A DNA stretch of 64,000 bases from Chlorobiaceae bacterium (GTDB lineage Bacteria; Bacteroidota; Chlorobiia; Chlorobiales; Chlorobiaceae): contig JAAXXP010000001.1 in assembly GCA_013334435.1 (NCBI GenBank), forward strand, positions 24,892 to 88,891. The letters are read 5' to 3'. How positions within the stretch are numbered: the stretch's first letter is position 1; each line of letters begins with the position of its first letter. Both the position numbers and the translations under genes were made by a program. Shown here piece after piece: positions 1 through 10,109 of this stretch. The notes beneath the pieces are model-generated. The model ran no database searches. It saw only the letters and a program-made list of their open reading frames with translations, and was not told where the DNA came from.

Positions 1-809
1 GTATCGCCCATGAACACCTCTGCAGGGTTGGAGTTGAACCAGAGAAAACCCACGCAGGCCATCACGATAGCCATACTGACCACGGCAATTTCGCCACCGC
101 CGGGAATAAAGGGGATTTTGAGATAGGAGGCATAGACCGCATTGCCGGCAAGGTAGGCGAAGCCGCCGAGAGCGAAAACCACGATAGCGGAACTTCCGGA
201 TGCAAGTCCGTCAAGTCCGTCGGTAAGGTTCACGGCATTGGAGACCGCCGTAATGATGAAGATCACGACAGGAATATAGAAGATTCCGTAATCGATCGTG
301 AGATTTTTGAAGAACGGCACCGTCGTGGTGGAGCGCAGCACCGAAAACGCCGGATCGAACCATGTGTACAGGCCGATGACGAGCCCGAGCGTTATCTGGC
401 CGATGAGTTTGTACTTCGGAGACAGACCGCTCTTTACCTTCAGCACGACTTTCATGTAATCGTCAAGAAAGCCGATGGCGCCCATCCAGAAAACCGCGAG
501 CATGATCAGCCATACATGGGGGTCGTCGAAACGCGCCCACAAAAAAACCGATATCTCGATGGCGATGATGATGAGCAGTCCGCCCATGGTTGGAATATCC
601 TTTTTCTTCCGGTGCTCCGGAGGAGCCTCCTCCTTTACCGGTTCAATAATCCGGCCCTTGAGATGGCGGATGAATCCCGGACCTGCGACCAGACAGATCA
701 GCAGCGCCGTTACCGCCGCCGCGCTCGCCCTGAAGGTCAGAAATTCGATAACCCCGAGACCTGGCGGGTCAAACGTATCGTTGAGATATTTCAGCAGATA
801 ATACAGCAT
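1..809 (-). CDS. mraY: Phospho-N-acetylmuramoyl-pentapeptide transferase; partial, C-terminus lies beyond the window start
   Basis: Manual minus-strand translation from ATG (complement of 807-809): [28 protein letters not shown]..., with the MraY motif [15 protein letters not shown]. Missing from the ORF track because there is no stop in the window. dcw gene order supports it. Confidence 0.9.
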   Translation of the reverse strand, partial: MLYYLLKYLNDTFDPPGLGVIEFLTFRASAAAVTALLICLVAGPGFIRHLKGRIIEPVKEEAPPEHRKKKDIPTMGGLLIIIAIEISVFLWARFDDPHVWLIMLAVFWMGAIGFLDDYMKVVLKVKSGLSPKYKLIGQITLGLVIGLYTWFDPAFSVLRSTTTVPFFKNLTIDYGIFYIPVVIFIITAVSNAVNLTDGLDGLASGSSAIVVFALGGFAYLAGNAVYASYLKIPFIPGGGEIAVVSMAIVMACVGFLWFNSNPAEVFMGD

Positions 810-820
810 TATGGGTAACG

Positions 821-2251
821 CTACAGTTTTGTTGATTGAGATGCCCGGTCGCGACAGAGGGCGTCGGCAACCTCTTCAAGGCGCATGCCGCGCGAACCCT
901 TGAAAAGCACGGCATCCCCGGAAGCCACAACGCCGGCAAGCGCCCTGTAGAGCTCGTCGCGGTTCCTGAAATGACCGCAGAGACGAGAGCGGTTTTCAGC
1001 CCCGAACAATCTCGAGAGATCCCCGAAGGTGAAAAGCATGTCGATCGCGCTCTGCTGAATATACCTGCCTGTCTTTTCATGTTCAAGCTCCGCCGAACTT
1101 CCGAGTTCCAGCATATCGCCGAGAACCGCTATTTTTCTTCCGGTGCACTGCAGTTCTCCGAGCAGATCGAGAGCCAGACGCACCGAATCGGGATTTGCAT
1201 TATAGGTATCATTGACGATCATGACCCCTCCGGCCTCCTGAAACTCCATCCGCTTCCATCCTGAAGCCGGCTGCAGTTTTTCAAGCCCCTCTCTGATGCT
1301 GTCGAGGGAAAGCCCGAAATAGCTGCCTGCGACGGCGGCGGCAAGCGCATTGATGACATTATGCCTTCCGGTCAGCTTCAGGGCGACAAGCACGGAGTCG
1401 GAACCCGAACAAAGCCTGAAGGAGGGGCGACCGAATGCGTCGAGCGTGACGTCGCGGACACAGGGCCCTCTTTCCGGGCACTCCTCCAAACCGTACGGCA
1501 CGGTTCGGGCGAGACCGGCGGCGGCACGCTTCAGCCGGGGGTCCCCGGTATTGATAAAACAGGTGCCTCCGTGCAGATCGAGGTATTCGTAGAGTTTTGT
1601 CTCGGCGGCGGCAACGCCGTCGAGATCGTGGAGAAACTCCAGATGTTCATGGCCTATGTTGGTCAGGAGCCCGTGAGTCGGCATGGCGATGGATGTCAGA
1701 AGCTCCATCTCCCCCGGATGGTTGATGCCCATCTCGACAACGGCCAGCCCGGTATCGCGCGGCATCTGCAGGAGCGTCAGGGGAACGCCGAGGTGATTGT
1801 TCAGATTGCCGCGGCTCATATGCACCCTGAATCCGGTGCCGAGAACCGAAGCGATCAGCTCCTTGGTGGTGGTTTTTCCGTTGCTTCCCCCCACCGCAAA
1901 AACCGGAATGGAAAAGGTACGGCGATAGGCCGAAGCCATCTGCTGCAGACCCGAAGTCGTATCCCCGACAACAAGATAGCGGCGCCCGGCCTCTTCGGAA
2001 CCGGCGGGACGCGAAGCGAACCACTCCTCCGATACAACCGCCCATGACGCCCCCCGGGAAAACACCTCATCGACATACCGGTGACCATCGGTTTGCTCGC
2101 CACGGAGAGCGACAAAAACCTCCCCTCCCTCAACCCGGCGGGAGTCGATGACGACCCTGGGCTCTTCGATCCGGCACTCCCGGTTTTGCGGGTCGCCGGC
2201 AACGACCCTGCCGATCCGCTGCAGATCAGCCATGCCGAGAACTCCTTTCAT
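821..2251 (-). CDS. murF: UDP-N-acetylmuramoyl-tripeptide--D-alanyl-D-alanine ligase
   Basis: 476-aa ORF with the Mur-ligase P-loop [15 protein letters not shown] overlap with the murE stop at 2248-2251. dcw order. Confidence 0.92.
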   Translation of the reverse strand: MKGVLGMADLQRIGRVVAGDPQNRECRIEEPRVVIDSRRVEGGEVFVALRGEQTDGHRYVDEVFSRGASWAVVSEEWFASRPAGSEEAGRRYLVVGDTTSGLQQMASAYRRTFSIPVFAVGGSNGKTTTKELIASVLGTGFRVHMSRGNLNNHLGVPLTLLQMPRDTGLAVVEMGINHPGEMELLTSIAMPTHGLLTNIGHEHLEFLHDLDGVAAAETKLYEYLDLHGGTCFINTGDPRLKRAAAGLARTVPYGLEECPERGPCVRDVTLDAFGRPSFRLCSGSDSVLVALKLTGRHNVINALAAAVAGSYFGLSLDSIREGLEKLQPASGWKRMEFQEAGGVMIVNDTYNANPDSVRLALDLLGELQCTGRKIAVLGDMLELGSSAELEHEKTGRYIQQSAIDMLFTFGDLSRLFGAENRSRLCGHFRNRDELYRALAGVVASGDAVLFKGSRGMRLEEVADALCRDRASQSTKL

Positions 2252-3810
2252 GAGGGCTCCTTTTGGGTTGTCAGGGGGGCAGTGTCCCGAAGGGACTCCC
2301 CGAGAATTTCCTGATCGGAGAAAAAATGCTTCATGCCGGCAATCTCCTGGTAGGTTTCGTGACCTTTGCCGGCGACCAGCAGCACATCCCCCGGCCGGAG
2401 CATGGCTGCAGCCTCCCGGATGGCCTCACCCCTTCCGGCGACTCTCCTGTAGCGCGTCCCCTGCATCCCGCGCTCTATCTCATCGAGAATGATCTCCGGA
2501 TCCTCATCCCTTGGATTATCCGATGTCAGAAAAACGAAATCCGCGTTTTCAGAGGCTATCCTCCCCATCTCCGGCCGCTTCATCCGGTCGCGGTTCCCTC
2601 CGCACCCGAACACCACGACAAGCCTGGCGTCCGAGGCCATGAGTCCCCTGAGAGCGGAAATCGCCTTTTCAAGCGCGTCGGGGGTATGCGCATAATCCAC
2701 AAAGGCCGAGCGCGAGCCGAAAGGGTCCCCGACGCGCTCCATCCTTCCGGAAACCCTGAAAGGCCGCTGGAGCGCAAGGGCAATTGCGTCAGGCGTCAAT
2801 CCCAACCCCCGGCCGACAGCCGCAGCTTCGAGCAGGTTCATGACATTGTAGCTTCCGGGAAGTTCCGTCCGGACGCTCTTCACCGCATCGGGAAAACGGA
2901 TCTCCACCAGGGAGGAATCGACACTGCCGGCCTTCACCAGAGCCGAAAACCTTGCGGAAGAGGAGATGGACGGCTCCTCGTCAGGGTGCAGGGAACAGCA
3001 GAACCGCATGCTCTCAGGAACACCCGACGCCATCAGGGCGGCATGCGGATCGTCACAGTTCAGCACCGCAAAGCCTTCAGGGGCGAGCTGATCGAAAAGA
3101 AGCCTTTTTGCCGAGGCATACTCCTGCATGGTATGATGAAAATCGAGATGTTCGCTGCTCAGATTGGTGAACACCGCAACCCTGAACCTGAGTGCGTGTA
3201 CCCTCTGGAGCACAAGTGCGTGAGAGGAAACCTCCATGACCGCGGCGCGGCACCCCTCCCCGACCATCTGCCGGAAGAGCGCCTGCAGCTCATGGGCTTC
3301 GGGCGTGGTGCGCTCGAGCGGTATATCGCGTCCTCCTATACGGCACAGACCGGTGCCGATATAGCCCGCCGGAATGCCGCATGAGCCGAGCAGATCCGCG
3401 ATCAGCCTTGCCGTTGTGGTCTTTCCGTTGGTGCCGGTCACACCGATGAGCATAAGGCTGTCGGAGGCATGCGCGTAAAACGCGCGGGCGGCTTCGGCAA
3501 GCGCTCTTCTCGAATCGGCCACCCTGATAAAGAGCGCCTCCGAAGCCGGCCGCTCGGGAAATGTTTCGCAGATAACGGCGATTGCCCCGTTCCGGACTGC
3601 CGTATCGATATAACGATGGCCGTCGGAAGCGAAACCCCGGACAGCGACGAAAAGCGATCCCGGAACGACATCCCGCGAATCAGCGGTCAGCGAGACGACA
3701 CCAACCGTTCCGGACTGCTTTCCTGCAAGCTCCAGGAAGTCGATTTCACGGATCATTCCGCTCAGAAGAACCGGTTCCGCCGGTTTCGGAAAGTGCGATT
3801 CCGGCATCAT
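2248..3810 (-). CDS. murE: UDP-N-acetylmuramoyl-L-alanyl-D-glutamate--2,6-diaminopimelate ligase
   Basis: 520-aa ORF with P-loop GVTGTNGKTTT and the DNPR motif (TSDNPRDEDP) typical of meso-DAP-adding MurE. ATGA overlap with the ftsI stop. Confidence 0.92.
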   Translation of the reverse strand: MMPESHFPKPAEPVLLSGMIREIDFLELAGKQSGTVGVVSLTADSRDVVPGSLFVAVRGFASDGHRYIDTAVRNGAIAVICETFPERPASEALFIRVADSRRALAEAARAFYAHASDSLMLIGVTGTNGKTTTARLIADLLGSCGIPAGYIGTGLCRIGGRDIPLERTTPEAHELQALFRQMVGEGCRAAVMEVSSHALVLQRVHALRFRVAVFTNLSSEHLDFHHTMQEYASAKRLLFDQLAPEGFAVLNCDDPHAALMASGVPESMRFCCSLHPDEEPSISSSARFSALVKAGSVDSSLVEIRFPDAVKSVRTELPGSYNVMNLLEAAAVGRGLGLTPDAIALALQRPFRVSGRMERVGDPFGSRSAFVDYAHTPDALEKAISALRGLMASDARLVVVFGCGGNRDRMKRPEMGRIASENADFVFLTSDNPRDEDPEIILDEIERGMQGTRYRRVAGRGEAIREAAAMLRPGDVLLVAGKGHETYQEIAGMKHFFSDQEILGESLRDTAPLTTQKEPS

Positions 3811-5828
3811 AAAAACGAGCGTTTCCGGGCAGTGGAGGTGAGTTTCACCCTGATGATCCTTGATTTTTCAACTTTCGAACCGGGAGCGACATTCTGCGCC
3901 TTAACCACGCCGTCAAACCCGCCGTTCGAGTCCATCTCCAGTCCGAGCCATTTCAGAAGACGCTCGGCATCTCGCGGCTTCATCCCTTTGATATCCGGAA
4001 CCGCCACCGTTTTCGTGGAGTCGATCACCCTCTGCTCCGGAGACCTGAATGCAAGATTTTTCTGCAGTTCTTCGGAACAGGCAAGAATTCTCGACGAGAT
4101 TCTGGAAAAAACAGGCGCCGCCACGGTTGCCGCATAATAGGCCTTGCGCGGCTCTTCGACAAGCACGATAAGCGCATATCGCGGGGATTCGGCCGGAAAA
4201 TACCCCACAAAAGAGGATACGTAGACAGGATTGGCGTAGGAACCGCCCGATGCGCGCCTTGCCGTTCCGGTCTTGCCGGCGACGCTCATGCCGGGAATTG
4301 CGGCGCTCCTTGCCGTTCCGCTGTCGACCACCGCCTTGAAATACTCCATGCCCATATATTTCGCCGTTGCCGGGGAAACCACTTTTCTGACCTCCTCAGG
4401 CTGGTTCTCCCTCACCGCCCGCCCTTCGCCGTCGACAACCCGGCTTATGATACGAGGCTTCATGAGCACGCCTCCATTTGCAACGGCAGCGTATGCCTGC
4501 AGAATCTGCAGGGGAGTCACCATAACCTGGTAACCATAGCCCATCCATGGCAGCGTGGTCCGATCCCAGTTTTTCAGCGATCTGACTCTGCCCGACGACT
4601 CCCCGAGCAGCCCTACGCCGGTCTTCGAACCGAAACCGAAACTCTTCGTATAGGCGTAAAATTTCTCACGGCCGGTTTCCATGGCGGTTTTAGCCGCTAC
4701 GACGTTGCTCGAGTGCATGATTGCCTCACGAAAGGAGATATTTCCGTACGGCTCATGGTCCCTGATTCTGAGGCCGTAGAGCGGCAGCACGCCGTTGTTG
4801 GCGAAAACCCTGTCCTCGGCCTTCCTGTTGAGCACTTCGGTCGCCGTTGCCGCCATAACGATCTTGAAGGTCGAGCCGGGCTCGAAACTGTCCGTAACGG
4901 CGCGGTTGCGTGAGCGCTCCGGCGACCAGGTAACCCTGTGGTTGAGATCGAACGTCGGATTGTTGGCCATGGCAAGAATCTCTCCGGTACGCACATCCAT
5001 GACGATGCCTGTGGCGGCATTCGCAAGGAAAGCTCCTACCGCCGCCGAAAGTTCATCCTCGACGATGCTCTGGATATCGGCGTCCAGTGTCAGCTGTACC
5101 GTATGGCCTTTTATGGGATCCTGCTGCAGGGCGTCAGGAGCGGGATAACGCCTTCCCGTTGCCGAGCGCTGGAACACCCTCGAACCGTCCCGGCCTTTCA
5201 GATCGCGGTCGAACTGCAGTTCAAGACCGCTGATCCCGTTGTTCTTGCTGTCGGTCACCCCGATAACCTGCGCGGCAACGTTGAGATAGTAGCGCTGTTG
5301 CTCGCGATCGAACCAGACCCCCGGAATTTTTTTCTGCATGATCGGCAGCGCCTGCGCTGCCGGAACCTTGCGGCCAAGCACGACAAGCCGTTTTTCCCTC
5401 CTGAGTTTTTTCAGATATTCACGGCGGCTCTTTCCGAGGTGGCGGGAAAAGAGTTTCGCTATTTCCCGGGAATTATCGAAGGTCTTCTGGTTTCCGGTTT
5501 TGCGATCGTTGACCGGCTTGCCCTTTTCATCAAAAAGCGGCGTGTGCCTGACAATTTCCGGATCGGCATAAAAAGAGATCGTTTCAACCGTTTCGGCAAG
5601 CATCCTCCCGTGACGGTCGAGAATAACCCCCCGCTGTGCCTTTTCCGTCACAAGCCGGACATACTGTTTTTCCGCCTTTTCCTTGTATTTCCGGACATTG
5701 ACGATCTGGATGTTCAGCAGCATGGCAACGATGCCTGCAAAAAACACAAGGAAAAACAGCACTACCAGCCCGAGACGCTTTCCGAAATCGGAATCCGAAG
5801 GCTTTTCCGGAATATCACGTCCACTCAT
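3807..5828 (-). CDS. ftsI: Class B penicillin-binding protein / peptidoglycan D,D-transpeptidase (PBP3-type)
   Basis: Motifs STFK (GSTFKIV), SSN (HSSNVV) and KTGT (GKTGTA), with an N-terminal TM segment. Start moved to MSGRDIPEKP (5828) so the gene no longer overlaps ftsL; the ORF-track maximum is 5927. Confidence 0.88.
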   Translation of the reverse strand: MSGRDIPEKPSDSDFGKRLGLVVLFFLVFFAGIVAMLLNIQIVNVRKYKEKAEKQYVRLVTEKAQRGVILDRHGRMLAETVETISFYADPEIVRHTPLFDEKGKPVNDRKTGNQKTFDNSREIAKLFSRHLGKSRREYLKKLRREKRLVVLGRKVPAAQALPIMQKKIPGVWFDREQQRYYLNVAAQVIGVTDSKNNGISGLELQFDRDLKGRDGSRVFQRSATGRRYPAPDALQQDPIKGHTVQLTLDADIQSIVEDELSAAVGAFLANAATGIVMDVRTGEILAMANNPTFDLNHRVTWSPERSRNRAVTDSFEPGSTFKIVMAATATEVLNRKAEDRVFANNGVLPLYGLRIRDHEPYGNISFREAIMHSSNVVAAKTAMETGREKFYAYTKSFGFGSKTGVGLLGESSGRVRSLKNWDRTTLPWMGYGYQVMVTPLQILQAYAAVANGGVLMKPRIISRVVDGEGRAVRENQPEEVRKVVSPATAKYMGMEYFKAVVDSGTARSAAIPGMSVAGKTGTARRASGGSYANPVYVSSFVGYFPAESPRYALIVLVEEPRKAYYAATVAAPVFSRISSRILACSEELQKNLAFRSPEQRVIDSTKTVAVPDIKGMKPRDAERLLKWLGLEMDSNGGFDGVVKAQNVAPGSKVEKSRIIRVKLTSTARKRSFL

Positions 5829-5859
5829 CGCTCTGCATTGGTCATTGAAGATCAGTCGG

Positions 5860-6330
5860 TTACGGAACAATTTCAACCGCAGGCACGCCAGATGCCTGAA
5901 GGCCCAGACGCTCGGCGTGCAGGGCAATATTATGGATCCCCTGCAGTTCGTTCACCTTGAGTTCCTGGGAGGTAATCACGCTCGAGCTCATTGCTATGCG
6001 CTCCCGGAGCGTTTCATTTGCAAGGGCAAGTTTTTTTATCGCTATGGTATTGTACGTCTGAAAAAGAAGAATCCCGGTAACCGGCAAAAGGTACAAAAAA
6101 GTCCTTAAACGCAGGAGATCCGAAAATCTGAATTCAAAGGCCCTTGCAAACAGGTCGCGTATGCCTCCCCCCTCCTGCGCCGAAGATAACGGCGCACTCC
6201 CGGAAAACGGACCGTTCCCGCTCTCCGCTGACAGGTTTTTTTCACCGGCGTCGCCCTCCTCGCCCCGCTCCTTCTCTCCGGCAGAACGGATGTTCATGGC
6301 AGCGGCCCACTCAGGCCCTGGCGTCTGCAT
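5860..6330 (-). CDS. FtsL-like small bitopic cell-division protein
   Basis: ORF between rsmH and ftsI with one TM segment (LYLLPVTGILLFQTYNTIAI) followed by a coiled-coil-like tail. The call rests on position in the dcw cluster. Start is uncertain: the ORF maximum is 6381, and I chose M18, just downstream of the rsmH stop. Confidence 0.6.
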   Translation of the reverse strand: MQTPGPEWAAAMNIRSAGEKERGEEGDAGEKNLSAESGNGPFSGSAPLSSAQEGGGIRDLFARAFEFRFSDLLRLRTFLYLLPVTGILLFQTYNTIAIKKLALANETLRERIAMSSSVITSQELKVNELQGIHNIALHAERLGLQASGVPAVEIVP

Positions 6331-6340
6331 GGGGTTTTCG

Positions 6341-7333
6341 CTATGCAGGCTCACATCGGACTCCTTCATCAAGTTTTTCAAGAACGCGAAGCCTGGCGCT
6401 TCTCGATCTCGGATTCATTGACACTTCCTGCGCTCCGGCAGAAACGGCTTTTCGGGTTACAACCCTGTATCCTGCCTTAACAAGAGGTTCTCTGAGCCCC
6501 ACACTCTTGGGACCCCAGTCGCTGCGGGATTTATCCGCAAAAAAAACCTTCACCATCCGGTCTTCGAGCGAATGATAACTGATTACCGCAAGCCTGCCTT
6601 CCGGGCAGAGCAGGGAAGCTCCCTCATCCAGCGCCTCGCCAAGCACATCGAGCTCACGATTCACCTCGATTCTCAATGCCTGAAACACACGGGAAAGCGT
6701 TTTAATCGCCAGGTCCGGGCGGCGCTGCCCCTGCCTGATGATGCCGGCCAGCTCTTCCGTCCGGGAAAGCGCTCCGTACTTCTCCCGATAATCGACAATA
6801 TCGCGGGCAATGCTCCTGCTTCGCGGCTCCTCTCCGTAACGGAAAAACAGCGAGGCGAGCTCGCGCTGGCTCATGGCATTGACAATATCTGCCGCACTTG
6901 TCGGGGAACCGGAGTCCATACGCATATCGAGAGGGCCGTGGTGCATATAGCTGAACCCCCTTTCGGGAGTATCGATCTGGGCCGATGAAACGCCCAGATC
7001 GAGCAGAATGCCGACCGCCGATGCATCGAAGCCCCTTTCACCGCAGACCCTGCCTGCGATTTCCGCTATCTGGCTGAAATTGCCTTTCACCGCCACCGCG
7101 TTCTCTCCGAAAGGCGCGAGTTTTTCTCTGGCGGCAGAGAGCGCACATGCATCCTGATCGATTCCGATCACCAGCGATCCGGCGTCGAAGCCTTTTCGCT
7201 GCAGCTCCTGAAGCATGGCAAGCGAATGACCGCCGCCCCCCAGGGTGCCGTCAATATAAAGCCCCGGCCTCCGCACCAGCAGCTCGATAATTTCGCCGGC
7301 AAGCACCGGCTCATGATAACCTTTCGTCATCAC
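6341..7333 (-). CDS. rsmH: 16S rRNA (cytosine1402-N4)-methyltransferase
   Basis: 330 aa with the SAM-binding motif DGTLGGGGHS. Second gene of the dcw cluster. Confidence 0.92.
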   Translation of the reverse strand: MMTKGYHEPVLAGEIIELLVRRPGLYIDGTLGGGGHSLAMLQELQRKGFDAGSLVIGIDQDACALSAAREKLAPFGENAVAVKGNFSQIAEIAGRVCGERGFDASAVGILLDLGVSSAQIDTPERGFSYMHHGPLDMRMDSGSPTSAADIVNAMSQRELASLFFRYGEEPRSRSIARDIVDYREKYGALSRTEELAGIIRQGQRRPDLAIKTLSRVFQALRIEVNRELDVLGEALDEGASLLCPEGRLAVISYHSLEDRMVKVFFADKSRSDWGPKSVGLREPLVKAGYRVVTRKAVSAGAQEVSMNPRSRSARLRVLEKLDEGVRCEPA

Positions 7334-7338
7334 GGCGC

Positions 7339-7851
7339 TCAGAAAAATCTGCCGGCGAGCGAGGAAAATCTTCCCGCGTGTTCACGAAGCAGTACCTCGA
7401 GGCGGCCAGGCTCCCAGATAACCATTTTTGAATCGGCTCCTATGATGACAACATCCTTTGTAATTCCGGCATGATCGAGAAACTCCCGCGAAAGGGAGAC
7501 CCTTCCCTGCCGGTCAAGCGAAACAATATCGAGACTTTCATAAATCAGGGTCTTCAGCAGCCGCTCGTCAGGATTGAAATCAGAAAGCCTGTCAAGAGCG
7601 TGCTTCATCTTCTGCCAGACATCCGGCTCGTACAGTTCAAGAGAACCGTCTGGCGCTTTCATGAGATAGAGGTATATTCCGGCTGTTCCGGAGGCCGGAT
7701 TCAGCGGAGCAAACGCCGACTCGCCATCCCTGATGACCGGATTTCCGGAAAAAAGATCTCTGCGGAACCTGACCGGAATCATCAGCCGGCCCTTTTCATC
7801 AAGGGCATGCAGTTCCTTGCCGATAAATCCAGCCATGATAGGGGTATCCAC
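7339..7851 (-). CDS. mraZ: Transcriptional regulator MraZ
   Basis: 170 aa with the duplicated MraZ pattern (LDEKGRLMIPVRFRR and LDRQGRVSLSREF). First gene of the dcw cluster. Confidence 0.9.
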   Translation of the reverse strand: MDTPIMAGFIGKELHALDEKGRLMIPVRFRRDLFSGNPVIRDGESAFAPLNPASGTAGIYLYLMKAPDGSLELYEPDVWQKMKHALDRLSDFNPDERLLKTLIYESLDIVSLDRQGRVSLSREFLDHAGITKDVVIIGADSKMVIWEPGRLEVLLREHAGRFSSLAGRFF

Positions 7852-7947
7852 TGAAACAGGTTATGCAGATTCGGATGTCCGGAACCGGTACCGATCTACC
7901 CGAAAACCTCTGAAATAGTGAAGAACGCACAAAGGGAGAAAAAAGCT

Positions 7948-7972
7948 CCCACTTTTTACCATTTTTCACCAC
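7948..7972 (-). promoter_or_regulatory. Putative MraZ operator: three GTGGN-type direct repeats at exact 10-bp period
   Basis: The minus strand reads GTGGTgaaaaATGGTaaaaaGTGGG (plus-strand CCCAC 7948, ACCAT 7958, ACCAC 7968), about 100 nt upstream of mraZ. This matches the known MraZ-box architecture (TGGGN repeats with 5-nt spacers in E. coli). Confidence 0.6.
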
Positions 7973-8080
7973 ATAAAAATGTATGAAAAAGGTTACACTA
8001 AAAAAATATTTATCTCTTTTACACTGCACGGCAAATCCGGTGGCCATAACGGTTTCTGAGCATCACCGGACCCCGGTTTC

Positions 8081-8572
8081 ATGAATATTCCCGAAATAGT
8101 AATCGACGGCTATAACCTGCTGCACAAACTCTTCCCTTCTCCCGAAGGCTCTCGCCTCGAAAGCCTTCGACAAAGGATGGAAGCGCTGCTGCTGGAGTAT
8201 CAGCGAAAGAGGAAATGCCACATGAACATTGTCTATGACGGCGGAGGATTGCGGGAATCCTCTGCCGGCGGGACTCTGAGTGTGATCTATACGGCATCGT
8301 CAAAAAGCGCCGACACGTGGATCATTGATTACGTAAAATCATTGAACACAAACAGAAAAATGGTTACTATTGTAAGTTCAGACCATGAAGTATGCCTTTA
8401 CGGAAAAGCCTATGGCGCAAAAATCCTCTCCTCCGAGGAGTTCGCCGCCGTGCTTGAAAACAGAAAAAAAACCGGAGCGGGGGGCCGTCCGGTAACGGAC
8501 CGGAAATACGGCACGGGGTTTCTCGACTCCGGCGAGGTGGCCGCATGGAAACGCCTGTTCGAAGGCGACTGA
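8081..8572 (+). CDS. NYN-domain YacP/Rae1-like ribonuclease family protein
   Basis: 163 aa. N-terminal IVIDGYNLLHK, IVYDG, SADTWI and VSSDHEV follow the YacP/Rae1 NYN pattern as I recall it. Confidence 0.65.
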   Translation: MNIPEIVIDGYNLLHKLFPSPEGSRLESLRQRMEALLLEYQRKRKCHMNIVYDGGGLRESSAGGTLSVIYTASSKSADTWIIDYVKSLNTNRKMVTIVSSDHEVCLYGKAYGAKILSSEEFAAVLENRKKTGAGGRPVTDRKYGTGFLDSGEVAAWKRLFEGD

Positions 8573-8660
8573 CCCTGAATCCGGAACCGGCATATTCGAT
8601 CGTATGGGCGATGCCGGGACAAGGCATGCATACTACTATTTCAAACCGTACCCTATCATA

Positions 8661-8984
8661 ATGTCCGAAAGTACTCTCAGCAACACCGGCAATTGGCGGG
8701 AACTCGAAGAATGGAGAAAAAAAATTGACGGCATAGACCGCCAGCTTGCCTCACTCCTGTGCGAAAGACTGCACTGCGCCAGAAACATCAGCATTCTGAA
8801 AGCCAGAATCGGAGAAGAGGTACTGCAGCCCGAACGGGAAAAAGAGGTACTCAGCAATGTAATAAGCCAGGCCGACTCGATCGGAAAAGTCAATGCCCTG
8901 GAAAGAATCTACCGCTGCATCCTTGAGGAATCCCGGCTGTTTCAGCATGAACAGAACAGCTCCACCCAGGAAGCCGGACACTGA
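8661..8984 (+). CDS. Chorismate mutase (AroQ type II)
   Basis: WRKKIDGIDRQLASLLCERLHCARNISILKARIGEEVLQPEREKEVL is typical of CM_2. Start set at MSESTL; the ORF maximum begins at 8604. Confidence 0.75.
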   Translation: MSESTLSNTGNWRELEEWRKKIDGIDRQLASLLCERLHCARNISILKARIGEEVLQPEREKEVLSNVISQADSIGKVNALERIYRCILEESRLFQHEQNSSTQEAGH

Positions 8985-9001
8985 ATCCGGCTGATGAACT
9001 C

Positions 9002-10009
9002 ATGGCATCAACCTATTCCTATCTCCGAAAATCCCTGTCTGCCCTCATGATCCTTGCTGCGGCAGCGCTCGGTTGCATAGTTTTCATTCCAGGGCTCAAT
9101 ACCGCGGAAAAGAGTACCGGACTGACGGTGCACAGGGGAATGGGTTTCATGGAGATCGTCGGCGAAATGGAGCGCGGCGGCGCCGTCAAAAACCGATGGC
9201 AGACCATCCTTGCAGGGAGGATTATCCCCGGATTTCACAATATCAGGCCGGGACGCTACACCATACCGCCGGGCATGTCGAATTTCAGTCTGCTCCTCTA
9301 TCTTCGCACCCATCCCCAGGATGAAGTGCGGATCACCATCCCCGAAGGGCTCGAACAGCGGGAAATCGCCCGTCTCTTCGCCTCGAAACTCGACATGGAC
9401 TCCTCCGCCTTCATGACTGCCGCAAGAGCGCGCGACTTTCTCGACCGGAACGGCATAAAGGGGAGAAGCGCAGAAGGATACCTTTTTCCCGGAACCTATC
9501 ATTTCGCATGGGCGGACACCCCTGAAGAAGCGGCGGAATTTCTCGTCAGGCAGTTCAGATCGTTCTATGACGACAGCCTGAAAGCCGTTGCGGCATCGAA
9601 AGGACTCAGTGAAACCTCCCTGCTGACTCTTGCCTCGATCGTCGAGGCAGAAACGCCTCTTGACAGCGAAAAACCTCTGGTTGCAAGCGTTTATCTGAAC
9701 CGCCTGAAAAAAAACATGCGTCTCCAGGCTGATCCCACCGTCCAGTATGCGCTCGGGGAAGAGGCCCGACTGCTCTACTACAAGGATCTTTCAGTCGATT
9801 CCCCTTACAACACCTACCGCCATGCGGGCCTTCCCCCCGGACCGATCTGCAATCCCGGCTCCGCGTCCATTCTGGCGGTGCTCAACCCTGCCGATACCCC
9901 GTATCTCTACTTCGTGGCGACGGGAAAAGGCGGACATTATTTTGCCGAAACACTTGCAGGACACGCGGCAAATATCGGAAAATACCATGCCTCACGCAGC
10001 AGCAGATAA
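9002..10009 (+). CDS. mltG: Endolytic murein transglycosylase (YceG-like)
   Basis: 335 aa with an N-terminal TM segment, the LASIVEAETP catalytic-Glu region, and a YFVATGKGGHYF tail. Confidence 0.85.
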   Translation: MASTYSYLRKSLSALMILAAAALGCIVFIPGLNTAEKSTGLTVHRGMGFMEIVGEMERGGAVKNRWQTILAGRIIPGFHNIRPGRYTIPPGMSNFSLLLYLRTHPQDEVRITIPEGLEQREIARLFASKLDMDSSAFMTAARARDFLDRNGIKGRSAEGYLFPGTYHFAWADTPEEAAEFLVRQFRSFYDDSLKAVAASKGLSETSLLTLASIVEAETPLDSEKPLVASVYLNRLKKNMRLQADPTVQYALGEEARLLYYKDLSVDSPYNTYRHAGLPPGPICNPGSASILAVLNPADTPYLYFVATGKGGHYFAETLAGHAANIGKYHASRSSR

Positions 10010-10109
10010 GCGTACGGGGAGTGTTCGTGCTATCCTGTTGCACGGAAAGAAATAAATTATATTGTATTCTGAGAGCATAGCGCTTTTCATAACCAACCGT
10101 TCAAAAACA

